From an uncultured Acidobacteriota bacterium (GTDB lineage: Bacteria > Acidobacteriota > Terriglobia > Terriglobales > Acidobacteriaceae), in the NCBI GenBank assembly GCA_963729415.1, contig CAVSOD010000013.1, positions 14,784-78,783 on the forward strand: 64,000 nucleotides of DNA. Direction: 5' to 3'. The stretch's first letter is position 1. The number at the start of each line of letters is the position of its first letter. The notes under the pieces were generated by a model. It had not been told where the DNA came from, ran no database searches, and saw nothing but the letters and a program-made list of their open reading frames with translations. The position numbers were made by a program, and so were the translations under genes. Shown here piece by piece: positions 7,664-17,230 of the stretch.

Positions 7664-10357
7664 CTACTTGTCTCGCTCTTCCCGTTTGCGTTCAAGCGCC
7701 GCTAGTGCGTTCTCTGCGTCGGCATCGTCGGGTGCGAGCTGTAAAGCGGTTCGTAACTCTTTCTTTGCCTCGTCGATGTTCCCGGTGCGGCGGTAGAAAA
7801 ACCCGAGATTCTTATGCAAGTGGGCACTTTGGGCACAATTGCCACAAAGCTGGATGGCCTGGTGCATTTGCTCCATCGCTTGAGGCCAGTTTTGCGCATT
7901 CGCCGCCTCGAGTGCGAAGTTTCCCAACTCGGAAACCCGATCGGCGATCTGTTGGCTCCTCTGTAATGTGTCGAAGCGATCCTGATACTCCTTCGCGTCG
8001 GGATCATGAATCTTATTCAGGGACTTGGCCAGGTTATACAAAGCCTGAGAATGATTCGGATCGGCCTGAATCGCCGCTTTCCAATGCTGAATGGCAGCGG
8101 AGTTGTCGCCCGAATGCTGCAGATTCTGACCCAGTAGATATTGAGCGTCGGCGTTGGCGGGCTGCAGTGCCACAACCCGCTGAAGGAGCTCCGTTGAGCG
8201 TTCTGGTTGGTTTTCCTGTTTTGTCGTGAGAGCAAGGAAATAGAGCGCACTCGTATAGTCCGGCTCCAAACGAATTGCAGCTTCGAGTTCCCGGCCTGCG
8301 TCGTCGTACTTGCCCGTTTCGAAGTAGAACCGGCCCAGATTGTAATGAGCGGCGGCAAGGTTGGGATCGAGCCGGGCGGCTTCGGAAAACTCCTTGAAAC
8401 CGTTGGGACGGTCGAATTGATCTACCAGGGCAATCCCCAAATTTAGATGAGCTTGAGCGGAGGTGGGTTCGAGCACAACCGCCTCCTGAAAGCTGTTGAC
8501 GGCATCAGATCCATGCCCGGTCTTGGCCAGAAGCATACCCAATGCCGCATAGGCATCCGCGTCGCTGGGATCAACTTGGATGGCCGTGCGAAATTGTTGT
8601 TCAGCGTCCGAGAAGACTCCCTGTTGCGCCAAGAGCAATCCGAAGTTGACACGGACCTTGCTGTACTTCGGATCGTTTTTTATGGCTTGCTGAAACAGCG
8701 ATGCCGCATCTGCATTCTTGCCCTGTTGGCTGTAAAGCACCCCGAGGTTGCTCTGCGCTTGGGAGAATGTGGGGCTAGTCTCCAGTGCTTTCTTGAAGCG
8801 TGTCTCTGCCTCGGCTTGTTGTCCGGTGCGTAACGCGAGCAAACCCAGCTGATTTTGCGCAACAGAGACATCGGGATCCAACTCGACCGTTTTCTCTAGT
8901 TCTTTTCGTTCCGAGGTGAAGTCTCCCAGCCTGTCTAGTGCGAGCGATAGATTGTAGTGCAGCTTGGCGTCGTGAGGATTGAGCTCAAGGGCCTTGCGAT
9001 AACGTTCTGCGGCTGCCTTCGCGTCTCCCGCCAAGAGAGACCGGCCCGCCTCCTCATTCAACCTGGAGATGGCAATTTCTCTGTCAGTAGTTGATTTCAC
9101 TGCAGCCAGTTTTGCTTTTTCGGCACGCGCATTTTCTTGATTGCCGACTTTTTCGAGTAGCAGCGCGAGCTCCTGATGGGTCTCCGGATCCGCCGGATTG
9201 ATGCGCTCGGCAACCTCCAAGCGTTTGATGGCTGCATCTGTTTGTCCCGTTTTTACCAACAGCATTCCGAGATTGAAGTGGATGGCAGCGTCTTGGGGAT
9301 CGAGGTTTACCGCACGCCGCAATGCGCTGATTGCTTCGTCCAGCTTCTTGAGGCCCGTATATGCCATGCCCAAGGCATAGAAGCCTTGAGCATCCTTCGG
9401 CTGGTCATGGGAGTACTCGAGAAGAACGGGTGTCGCATCGGAATAGTTCTTCATGGTTAGAAGCGCGCGCCCCATAGCAAGCCTGGAGGCATCCATGGTC
9501 TCATCAAGGTGGAGTGCTTCGCGAAATTCGGTCACCGCAGCTTCACGATCCGGTTGGTCGTCCTTTCTTGCGTAGAGCAATCCCAGATTGAAGTGGGCGG
9601 CCGCGGAATTTGGGTTGGCGGCGACCAACCCCTTCAAGGTTGCCAACCCTTTCTCCAAGTCACCATTTTCCGCGTAGGCAATGCCTAGGGCCGCCTGCAG
9701 CGACTCGACCTGGTCGGCCGGAGGCATTTGCTTCATCGAATCTTCCAAGCGGGTAACGGCCGCTTGCGGTTTGCCTTCGGCAATCAAGACCTCACTGAGC
9801 TTGAGCGCGCCGGGCACGAAATGGGGGTCAATGGTCACGGCCGTACGAAACTGTTCTTCCGCCTCGCCTAACTTCTTTTCGTCTTCCAATACGCTTCCCA
9901 ATGCAAAACGGGAACTGACGGACTCTGGTTTCTGCTGAACTGCGGTTTGGAGCTCTCGCACCGCATGTGCTCGATCTCTCTTGGTAAGAAGGGCAATCGC
10001 CAGGTTGTAATGAGCCTCCCAGTTCGGGTCTTCCAACTTGATCGAAGCTTCGAGCGCCGCGATGGCACACGAAACGCGATCTTCCTGGGCGTATAGAACT
10101 CCCAGCGTGTTGTATGCTCCAGCCGTCGGGTGGTCGTGTATGGTCTCGAGTAGAGCGGTGATCTTCTCGGATGGGTGGCTCTGCTCCAGACACGTTTTCG
10201 GCAGGGTAGGTGGACGCGTTGCGGATCCGGCGTGCCCCGGCGCCGAACTTTGCGCAGCCGCCGACACTGAACACACCAATAACATCAGGACGCTCAAATG
10301 CAAGAGCAAACACCTCGCACGTCGAGCCCGTTCTGTCCTAGCCGCCAACATCTCCAC
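7664..10357 (-). CDS. secreted tetratricopeptide-repeat (TPR) protein, 897 aa
   Basis: N-terminal signal peptide (...LLVCSVSAAAQ). More than 20 consecutive 34-aa repeats with AxxNLGxxYxxxGxxxxAxxxFxxAxxxxP signatures. Confidence 0.85.
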   Translation of the reverse strand: MEMLAARTERARRARCLLLHLSVLMLLVCSVSAAAQSSAPGHAGSATRPPTLPKTCLEQSHPSEKITALLETIHDHPTAGAYNTLGVLYAQEDRVSCAIAALEASIKLEDPNWEAHYNLAIALLTKRDRAHAVRELQTAVQQKPESVSSRFALGSVLEDEKKLGEAEEQFRTAVTIDPHFVPGALKLSEVLIAEGKPQAAVTRLEDSMKQMPPADQVESLQAALGIAYAENGDLEKGLATLKGLVAANPNSAAAHFNLGLLYARKDDQPDREAAVTEFREALHLDETMDASRLAMGRALLTMKNYSDATPVLLEYSHDQPKDAQGFYALGMAYTGLKKLDEAISALRRAVNLDPQDAAIHFNLGMLLVKTGQTDAAIKRLEVAERINPADPETHQELALLLEKVGNQENARAEKAKLAAVKSTTDREIAISRLNEEAGRSLLAGDAKAAAERYRKALELNPHDAKLHYNLSLALDRLGDFTSERKELEKTVELDPDVSVAQNQLGLLALRTGQQAEAETRFKKALETSPTFSQAQSNLGVLYSQQGKNADAASLFQQAIKNDPKYSKVRVNFGLLLAQQGVFSDAEQQFRTAIQVDPSDADAYAALGMLLAKTGHGSDAVNSFQEAVVLEPTSAQAHLNLGIALVDQFDRPNGFKEFSEAARLDPNLAAAHYNLGRFYFETGKYDDAGRELEAAIRLEPDYTSALYFLALTTKQENQPERSTELLQRVVALQPANADAQYLLGQNLQHSGDNSAAIQHWKAAIQADPNHSQALYNLAKSLNKIHDPDAKEYQDRFDTLQRSQQIADRVSELGNFALEAANAQNWPQAMEQMHQAIQLCGNCAQSAHLHKNLGFFYRRTGNIDEAKKELRTALQLAPDDADAENALAALERKREERDK

Positions 10358-10604
10358 TGGCCTTCAGGGTTCAGTCACTCCGACCTTCCACATGGCTCCG
10401 CGGTACCGAGGCGCATCGCGTCACAGTACGAGAGGACTCAGGCAACATAACAGTGTAGCGCCTGAGAAAACTATGCTGCTGGCCCACAAGTGAAAGACTC
10501 CCGGCGCAGTCTTCAAGAAGCGCGGGGCGGACCCTGGCTTTTGCAAGCTGAGCACGCCCGCTTCGTTTGTCGTCCCCTGTTTCGAGCACCCCTACTGCCA
10601 GTGC

Positions 10605-13600
10605 TCAGAAGTAAAGCTTGAGCCCGAACTGTAGCTGTCGAGGTACATTGGCCGCGTGCGTCACCTTGCCGAAATTGGAATTCTCAAGACTTGTGACCGG
10701 CACGGCCCACACGGGTGTGTTGGTCGCGTTGAACATCTCGAACCGGAACTCCATGCGGAAGCGCTCTGTAAAAGAGAATTGTCGGAAGATGGATAGGTCC
10801 AAGTTCTTGTTCCAGTCGGAACGGAGCGAGTCTCGGCCCAGATTCCCGAACGTATTTACAGCTGGAAGCTGGAACGAAGAAGTATTGAACCATCCGTCGG
10901 GCCCTTTGCTGCTGGGGTAAAAGGATCCGGTTACGTTGAGTCGCTCATATCCATATCCGTTACCATAGTTGTAGTTGCCCGTGTTGGCTCTATCCAGGCC
11001 CGTCCCCACGTCAAAGGGAGTTCCCGAACTGAAGGAGAGGACGCCGTTCAGATTCCAGCCCCCCACTAACGCATTCACGACGCGATTGTCGGACGACCAT
11101 GCGCCACCCTTGCCGAAAGGCAATGCATATACCCATGCGGCAGAGAAGATTTGCGGGAGGTCGGTGGCGGCAGGTCCCCTGTCCCCCTGCAGATTGTAAG
11201 GATTCTGGGTAGAGCAGCCTTCCACCCCATACCAGCCCGTGCAACCTTCGTCGATACTCTTGGACCAGGTGTAGGAAATCAAGTAGGTGAGGCCGTGTTG
11301 TTGCTTGCCGTTCAACGACACCTGCAGCGCGTTGTAATTGCTCTTCCCCGTGCTTCGATCATAGGCGGTTGCGCCGATGTAAGGGAAAGGCGCTCCGCAG
11401 TTGGTCGCCGTCGCGTTATTAGGGTCGTAGGGCGCGCACGCTTTATTGGCGTTTCCGCCCGCGACCATAGCCACGTTGTATGCACCACCGATGTCCAGTC
11501 GCCTGCCAACCGAACCGACATAGTTGGCCGTCAGTACGGAGTTGGAAGTCACTTGTTGCTGCACGCCCACGTTCCACTGATCGGCGTACGGTCTCTTCAA
11601 ATACGGATCCGCAAACCAAGTCGACTGATTAAACGGAGTGGGGCCCGTCACAGGACTTCCGCTGCCGAGAGCAAAAGGATCTTCTGCAAACCTATTGGGC
11701 GCAGCGCCGACCGCGTTCATATTGCTGGCTCCAAGCTGGTCGAGGCTCGGCCAGGTACCCTCGTAGTTCTGTGCGGTTTGAGTGATCGCTGCCCAGTTGT
11801 CATAAAACCTTCCGTATCCCGCGCGCAGCACGGTGTTGGGAAGCAGTTGATAAGCAACACCGACTCTTGGCTGGATGTTGCCCTTGTCGGTGTGGTAGAT
11901 CGCAGTACCGCCGAGAGGCGTCACGATCACGTGTGCGGGAAGAGTTCCTCCAGGAATACATGGCGCGGCATTGGTCTGGGCGCACGAGGGAGCGTTGCGA
12001 GCAATAATGTAGGTCCCATCGCGGAAATTCATATCACCCACAAAGTTGTTCGCGTTCTTGTTGTCGCCATAGATACCGATCAATGTGAGGTCATACCGTA
12101 GACCGAGATTTACGCTCAGCTTGCTGGTCGCCTTCCACTCATCCATAGCGTAAAACCCGTCCACCCAGCCACTGTGCTCGGTTTCAATAACATTGCGGCG
12201 TCCCGCGACAGTTGGAATGCCCAGAAGGAATGACGCCAGGGCGTTGCCGCCTGGCACAGGCAAGGTGGGATTTGATGTGTTGGCCGCTGCGAACTGAACG
12301 TTCGAGTTCAAGTACAAAGCATTCGCATTGTTGCTCGCAAAATTTCCTCCTGCCTTGAACGTGTGACGCCCGATGGTTTTTGTAAAATCGCCACCATACT
12401 CCCAGATGTCGGACACGTGGGTATTGTCGATTTGCGCGGCGCCGTGCGCGCTGGGATTGGGATTCCCGATGTATGTCTGAATTACCACATCCGGAATCAT
12501 CACAACACCGTTTCTGAAGTTCCCCGCGAAGTTCGGGGAAAATCCAACCTCCGTACCAAAGGAAGGGGCGGCATTCGCAAAGTGCGAGCCCTGGTCGATA
12601 TTCACGCTGTTGCGTCCGAAATGAAATTCCGCCAGAGTGCTGCCCGAGAACAGGTGCGTGTAGTTCGCACCTACGTTGTAGCCGTTGGTCACCTGCTCGT
12701 GCAGCAGTCCGATAAAACCACCAGACCCGCTAACCGGCTGCCGGAAACTGGTGTAGCGCGCCCAAACATAGTCATGTTGACTGAACTGGTGGTCGAGACG
12801 AACACCGCCTTCGTCCTGACGCGTGATGTTCTTGGTGGTATCCAGACCGTTCAGCGATGAACCCGTGACATTCGGCGCCGGAAACAGCTTTTTTGCGTAG
12901 TTGACCATGTTCTGGTCAATCATGGTGGAAGGAATTTTGTTGCAGGGTGTGCCGCCCGCAGCCTGAATATTGCTGGGCGCTGGCTCGGGGTTTCCCGAGG
13001 AGTCGCACAGGAAAGGTTTCCCAGTTGTGTCGTACGGATTGTAGATTTGCCCGGCAATCCCCGTGAGGTCGCCACCTAACTGCGTGGTAGTTGGCGTGAT
13101 GTACTGGTTCGCAGCAGCTGTGTGATTGCGGAAGCCTTCGTAGCTGAGGAAGAAAAATGTCTTCTTTTGGCGTTCGCCAGGAATGGGAAGAGGACCGCCG
13201 AACGTCGCACCAAACTGGTTCTGCTGGAACCCAGGCTGGCTGGAGGACTGAGTCTGCTGGCTCGTCGAAAGGAGCGGATAGATCAGTCCAGCATCGAGTG
13301 CCTTGTTTCGCAAAAATTCCCACGCCGACCCGTGGAAGTGCGACGTCCCGGACTTGGTTACCACGTTGATGACACCGCCCAGAACCCCGCCGAAAGAAGC
13401 GTCGTCGTTATGCGACTGCACCTTGAATTCCTGGATATCGTCGACAATCGGGGGAATCGCATAGGTGCTGCCGAAAGAACCCTGGTCATTGATTCCGTCC
13501 AGGAGAAACAGGTTGCTGCGGTTGGTCTGGCCGTTTACCGAAGGGTAAGAAAACGTCCCAATCGGGTTCGACCACACGCCGCCGCTAGTAGCGGAGTTCT

Positions 13601-14141
13601 GTGACACATTAACCGTACTCACGCCCGGCGTCAGGTTGAGCAACTGGGTGAAGTTGCGCCCATTCAGGGGCAAGTCGTTGACCTGCTCTTTCACCACGGC
13701 CACGCCCAGTTCGGAGGTAGACGTCTCGAGGGTAACCGGATTGTCCTGGACCTCGACGACTTCGTTAACCGCTCCGGCCTTCAGCGTGAAGTCATAGGTG
13801 GCGGTCTGATTCACCAGCAGTTCAATGCTGGTCTTCGCTGCTGGGCCAAACCCGTTCATGGTGACCTTCAGATCGTAATTTCCGGGCAGCACGCTGGTCA
13901 TCACATAGGAACCCACTCCATTTGTGACGGCCGAGCGATTCAAGCTGGTGTCGCGGTTATGCAGGGTGACATCGGCTCCGACGACGACGGCCCCAGCCGA
14001 GTCGCGAACTGTTCCATTGATGGCTGCGGTGGCCTGGGCCCAGGCCGGCAAGGTGGAAACTGTGAACACAAATGCCACTACCAACATCAGCGTCAACACC
14101 ACAATCCACCGCTCAAACCGATCGAAGACCCTGCGTGTCAT
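10605..14141 (-). CDS. TonB-dependent receptor with N-terminal carboxypeptidase-regulatory-like domain
   Basis: Signal peptide. INGTVRDSAGAVVVGADVTL...PGNYDL CarboxypepD_reg pattern, plug/barrel-length body, C-terminal ...QFGLKLYF. GGAGGA SD 6 nt before the ATG. Confidence 0.85.
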   Translation of the reverse strand: MTRRVFDRFERWIVVLTLMLVVAFVFTVSTLPAWAQATAAINGTVRDSAGAVVVGADVTLHNRDTSLNRSAVTNGVGSYVMTSVLPGNYDLKVTMNGFGPAAKTSIELLVNQTATYDFTLKAGAVNEVVEVQDNPVTLETSTSELGVAVVKEQVNDLPLNGRNFTQLLNLTPGVSTVNVSQNSATSGGVWSNPIGTFSYPSVNGQTNRSNLFLLDGINDQGSFGSTYAIPPIVDDIQEFKVQSHNDDASFGGVLGGVINVVTKSGTSHFHGSAWEFLRNKALDAGLIYPLLSTSQQTQSSSQPGFQQNQFGATFGGPLPIPGERQKKTFFFLSYEGFRNHTAAANQYITPTTTQLGGDLTGIAGQIYNPYDTTGKPFLCDSSGNPEPAPSNIQAAGGTPCNKIPSTMIDQNMVNYAKKLFPAPNVTGSSLNGLDTTKNITRQDEGGVRLDHQFSQHDYVWARYTSFRQPVSGSGGFIGLLHEQVTNGYNVGANYTHLFSGSTLAEFHFGRNSVNIDQGSHFANAAPSFGTEVGFSPNFAGNFRNGVVMIPDVVIQTYIGNPNPSAHGAAQIDNTHVSDIWEYGGDFTKTIGRHTFKAGGNFASNNANALYLNSNVQFAAANTSNPTLPVPGGNALASFLLGIPTVAGRRNVIETEHSGWVDGFYAMDEWKATSKLSVNLGLRYDLTLIGIYGDNKNANNFVGDMNFRDGTYIIARNAPSCAQTNAAPCIPGGTLPAHVIVTPLGGTAIYHTDKGNIQPRVGVAYQLLPNTVLRAGYGRFYDNWAAITQTAQNYEGTWPSLDQLGASNMNAVGAAPNRFAEDPFALGSGSPVTGPTPFNQSTWFADPYLKRPYADQWNVGVQQQVTSNSVLTANYVGSVGRRLDIGGAYNVAMVAGGNANKACAPYDPNNATATNCGAPFPYIGATAYDRSTGKSNYNALQVSLNGKQQHGLTYLISYTWSKSIDEGCTGWYGVEGCSTQNPYNLQGDRGPAATDLPQIFSAAWVYALPFGKGGAWSSDNRVVNALVGGWNLNGVLSFSSGTPFDVGTGLDRANTGNYNYGNGYGYERLNVTGSFYPSSKGPDGWFNTSSFQLPAVNTFGNLGRDSLRSDWNKNLDLSIFRQFSFTERFRMEFRFEMFNATNTPVWAVPVTSLENSNFGKVTHAANVPRQLQFGLKLYF

Positions 14142-14327
14142 GGCAAATCCTCCTCACACGAGGTTGCGCTTGGCCTCTGCGGCGCGCCCAAGCAGCTTTC
14201 AGTTCTCACGTTGCTTCTACGAGATAATCGGCCTCACAATAGCCGTAAAGAGAACCCCACGCTGCACAAGCTTCTAGCATTGCTTTTCAAATGTTGTCAA
14301 TCAAAAAATTTCACTCATAAAAATTAT

Positions 14328-14361
14328 GTTTCATAGAGTGAAACGTTTCATGGCGCCATGA
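14328..14361. promoter_or_regulatory. operator-like array GTTTCA-tagag-TGAAAC-GTTTCA overlapping the 14-bp palindrome TCATGGCGCCATGA, in the TBDR/IclR divergent intergenic region
   Basis: Read directly. TGAAACGTTTCA (14339-14350) is a perfect 12-bp palindrome. A further GTTGAAACAAC lies at about 14388-14398. The TGAAA/TTTCA half-sites resemble KdgR(IclR)-type boxes. Confidence 0.5.
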
Positions 14362-14474
14362 CATAATTTCGTGCTATCGTCCTGCTTGTTGAAACAACGT
14401 CTCGGTGAGGAGACGGGCTTACAGGGCGGTTCTGAAATCGTTCTGGGAGGCCAGGAAGTCGTGTAAGGCCCGCT

Positions 14475-15317
14475 ATGACAAGAGTCGCGAAATTGAACCA
14501 GGGCGCAACGTCTGTCGGGGTGATCTCGAAAGTGTTGCGGATTCTTGAGGCTCTACAGGGATCTTCGTCCGGGTTAGGGCTAAAGGCTATTTGCGATCGG
14601 ACCGGTATTCACAAAAGTACCGCGCATCGTTTTCTCAAACATCTGGAACGCGAACGCTATCTCATCCGCACCGAAGCAGGTACGTACCTGATCGGACCTC
14701 GCTTGTCGCAATTGTCGGCGCGCGGCAACCACGAGGCGACACTTCAAGCAGTGGCTCGACCCATCCTCTGGGAGTTGTGGAAGTCGACGCAGGAGACCGT
14801 CAATCTGGCGGTTCTTGACCAGGGAACCGTACTGTATGTGGATGTGATCGAGAGCCCTCACGAATTCAGGCTTTCATCACGAGTCGGCACTCGCAGGTCG
14901 GTACACGTCACTGCGTTGGGCAAGGCCCTGGCGGCTTTTCTTCCCGCCGAGGCCCAGGAGAATGTCTTGGGCTCGATTGCATTCCAGCCCGCGACCTCGA
15001 AAACCATCGGGAACCTGGTTCAGTTTCGGCAAGAGCTTGAAAAGATCCGGAGGCAAGGCTACGCGGTTGACGATGAGGAGGCCGTTCAGGGAGCTCGCTG
15101 CGTGAGCGCACCGATTCTCAATTCCGACGGCGTACCTATTGCTGCTGCAAGCGTGTCCGGACCTGTAACCAGAGTCAGTCCTAGTGTGGTCGCCGCGCTG
15201 GCCGGCGCAGTGATGTCTGCAGCTCAAGCCATCTCAGCAGCGATGGGGTTTTCGCAGCCAGTCGCCCATGAGGAAATCGGTCGTCGGACCAAAAGGACGA
15301 TTTTGGCTCGAACTTGA
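14475..15317 (+). CDS. IclR-family transcriptional regulator
   Basis: N-terminal wHTH (ISKVLRILEAL...ICDRTGIHKSTAHRFLKHL) and a C-terminal IclR effector domain (GYAVDDEEAVQGARCVSAPI). Confidence 0.85.
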   Translation: MTRVAKLNQGATSVGVISKVLRILEALQGSSSGLGLKAICDRTGIHKSTAHRFLKHLERERYLIRTEAGTYLIGPRLSQLSARGNHEATLQAVARPILWELWKSTQETVNLAVLDQGTVLYVDVIESPHEFRLSSRVGTRRSVHVTALGKALAAFLPAEAQENVLGSIAFQPATSKTIGNLVQFRQELEKIRRQGYAVDDEEAVQGARCVSAPILNSDGVPIAAASVSGPVTRVSPSVVAALAGAVMSAAQAISAAMGFSQPVAHEEIGRRTKRTILART

Positions 15318-15334
15318 AGGTCGTAAAGCCCCCT

Positions 15335-17131
15335 TCACTTCTTCGGTTCGCCTCTCGCGTCGCAGCGCTTCAGGAAACTTCGGAGCGCATCGTCCTGCGG
15401 AAAGGTCCGTGTTCCCTTCGCGGCCACTTCGCAAGCTTCCTGAGGCTTGTTCTGTGCAAAAGAGATCGTCGTACTAAGTTGATAGAGAACGGCATCGCTC
15501 GGTGCCACCTGCATTCCCTCCCGCAGAACATCGATCGCCTCCGATGGGCGGTCGGCCGCCGCCAACAACTGTGCCAGTTCTTCGAAGTCCGCGGGATTCG
15601 TTGAGCCATGCGCGACGGCAGCCTGAAGGTACCGAATTGCGAGTAACGCGCCTTCTGCATCGTGCTTCTGTCCCGCCTCATCCGCCAGTGCTTCCAAGAC
15701 GTAAACATTGTCGGCCTCAGCGGCCCTGAGTTGTTGTGCCAGCGACCAGTAACTGTTTCGGTATTCCGGATGCGCGAGAATTATTTGCGCATATGCCTGC
15801 AACCGGGTCAGCGGTGCCACTGCCCCGGGCTTAGTGGGATTGGCGCTGAGATGAACCAGATCAGGAAGCTGAGGAGTCGTCATATTGAAGGCCGCCTCCG
15901 GGAATCGCTCTTCGGCTTCGGCTACGATGCGATGGTTCGTTAGAACGGAGTGGGAGATTACGGCCACGTCCCGCTTGGGCATGTGACACCCCGCGCAGTC
16001 GTCGGGGGGCGCCTTGTGCTGTCGCAGAGTCAGCGGAACTGCGCAGCTTTTCTCGGTATGGCAAGCCAGGCATTTCTTGCGAAAGTATTCCGGAGCTTCC
16101 TGCGCAGAGGATTGCACATGCGGATCGTGGCAGCTGATGCAACCTAGGTGGCCACCACTCCCCTGGTAACACTTGCTGAGGCGCATCGAGAGATAGTGCT
16201 CCAACAGGTCGTCCTTGGGCGCCGACTGACGATCAAACGGAACCATGAATATGCTGACGGTCTCGTCCAGTTCACGCCCGGGACGAAAATCGCGATACAT
16301 CTTTCCTGTTTGCAAAACACGCGCATCCCCGGCTTGGTGGCATGACATGCAGATGTTGTCCGCCAGCCATGAGGACAGTTTGCCGGGATTGGTGATCGAG
16401 CCGGAGCCAGATCCCAACTGCTCTGAGGCAACGTGTCCTTCGCCCGGGCCGTGACAGTTCTCGCAGCCAATAGCGAGTTCCGCGAATGGCGGATGCTGGT
16501 AACGGCCGTTCCCGTTCAGAACTGGACGGGGTTGCCCGCTATGGCAGGCGATACAAGCAGGGAGAATCGGCCGATTGAAACCGTAATCTCCGTATTCGTA
16601 CCCGGGTGAGAGAGCCCACTGATGTGGTTTGGTATAGAACGAAAGCGGCGCTTCGAAGAGAGAATCATCCTGCTTTACGATCGCGCCACTCCCGTTCGCG
16701 CCCGAACCAATGATCCACTCCACTTTGCGTGTCTCGCGGAAAATATCTTTTCCGTCAGCCGAGGATGCGTACTCGCTCTGGTAGAGATGGCCATCGCGGG
16801 TGTGGACCTCAAAATGGCGATTGAGCTTGGGATCAAAGATGCTCACCGAAGACGGTATTCGCTCGAGGAGTGCAGGAGTGATCTCCGACATGGAGCGGCC
16901 CATGTCGGTGCGCGAGAAGGATTCGTAGATACTGGGATGACATTTCGCGCAGGCTCCTGACCCCGTGTAGCCGGCGTCTGCGCCGGTATTCTGTTGGGCA
17001 GACACGATCGTTCCCGGCACTCTGCCCTGGGAAATCAGGAGGATCAAAAACAGCGTTCCGATGAGAGACCCGACCGCTCTCGCGATTGCAAACCCCAACA
17101 TCCGCCCTGTGTGCTGCGGCGCTTTTATCAC
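15335..17131 (-). CDS. secreted heptahaem c-type cytochrome with C-terminal TPR-like helical region
   Basis: Seven CxxCH motifs: CAKCH, CIACH, CENCH, CMSCH, CISCH, CLACH, CAGCH. The C-terminal ~200 aa are Ala/Leu-rich helical repeats. Confidence 0.8.
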   Translation of the reverse strand: MIKAPQHTGRMLGFAIARAVGSLIGTLFLILLISQGRVPGTIVSAQQNTGADAGYTGSGACAKCHPSIYESFSRTDMGRSMSEITPALLERIPSSVSIFDPKLNRHFEVHTRDGHLYQSEYASSADGKDIFRETRKVEWIIGSGANGSGAIVKQDDSLFEAPLSFYTKPHQWALSPGYEYGDYGFNRPILPACIACHSGQPRPVLNGNGRYQHPPFAELAIGCENCHGPGEGHVASEQLGSGSGSITNPGKLSSWLADNICMSCHQAGDARVLQTGKMYRDFRPGRELDETVSIFMVPFDRQSAPKDDLLEHYLSMRLSKCYQGSGGHLGCISCHDPHVQSSAQEAPEYFRKKCLACHTEKSCAVPLTLRQHKAPPDDCAGCHMPKRDVAVISHSVLTNHRIVAEAEERFPEAAFNMTTPQLPDLVHLSANPTKPGAVAPLTRLQAYAQIILAHPEYRNSYWSLAQQLRAAEADNVYVLEALADEAGQKHDAEGALLAIRYLQAAVAHGSTNPADFEELAQLLAAADRPSEAIDVLREGMQVAPSDAVLYQLSTTISFAQNKPQEACEVAAKGTRTFPQDDALRSFLKRCDARGEPKK

Positions 17132-17230
17132 TGACTCACTGTTTCCAACCCAGGCATTTCAGCGCACTTTAGTCGAAAGCGGTTATCCGCTGCAATGGTC
17201 CGAACTCTTCTGGATGAAAACGTAAATCGG

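Noticed and set aside
10358-10604. Hairpin AAGACT-N8-AGTCTT (minus strand) after the first TBDR as an intrinsic terminator
   Set aside because: Short stem and no following U-tract. Cannot be distinguished from chance.
11151-12101. 316-aa plus-strand ORF inside the TonB-receptor gene. Similar long antisense ORFs occur at 1109..1672, 21655..22419, 35685..36374, 37329..38372, 45078..45725 and 51711..52499.
   Set aside because: They lie opposite well-supported genes, have Arg/Pro/Gly-rich low-complexity composition and no motifs. This is typical shadow-ORF behaviour in GC-rich DNA.
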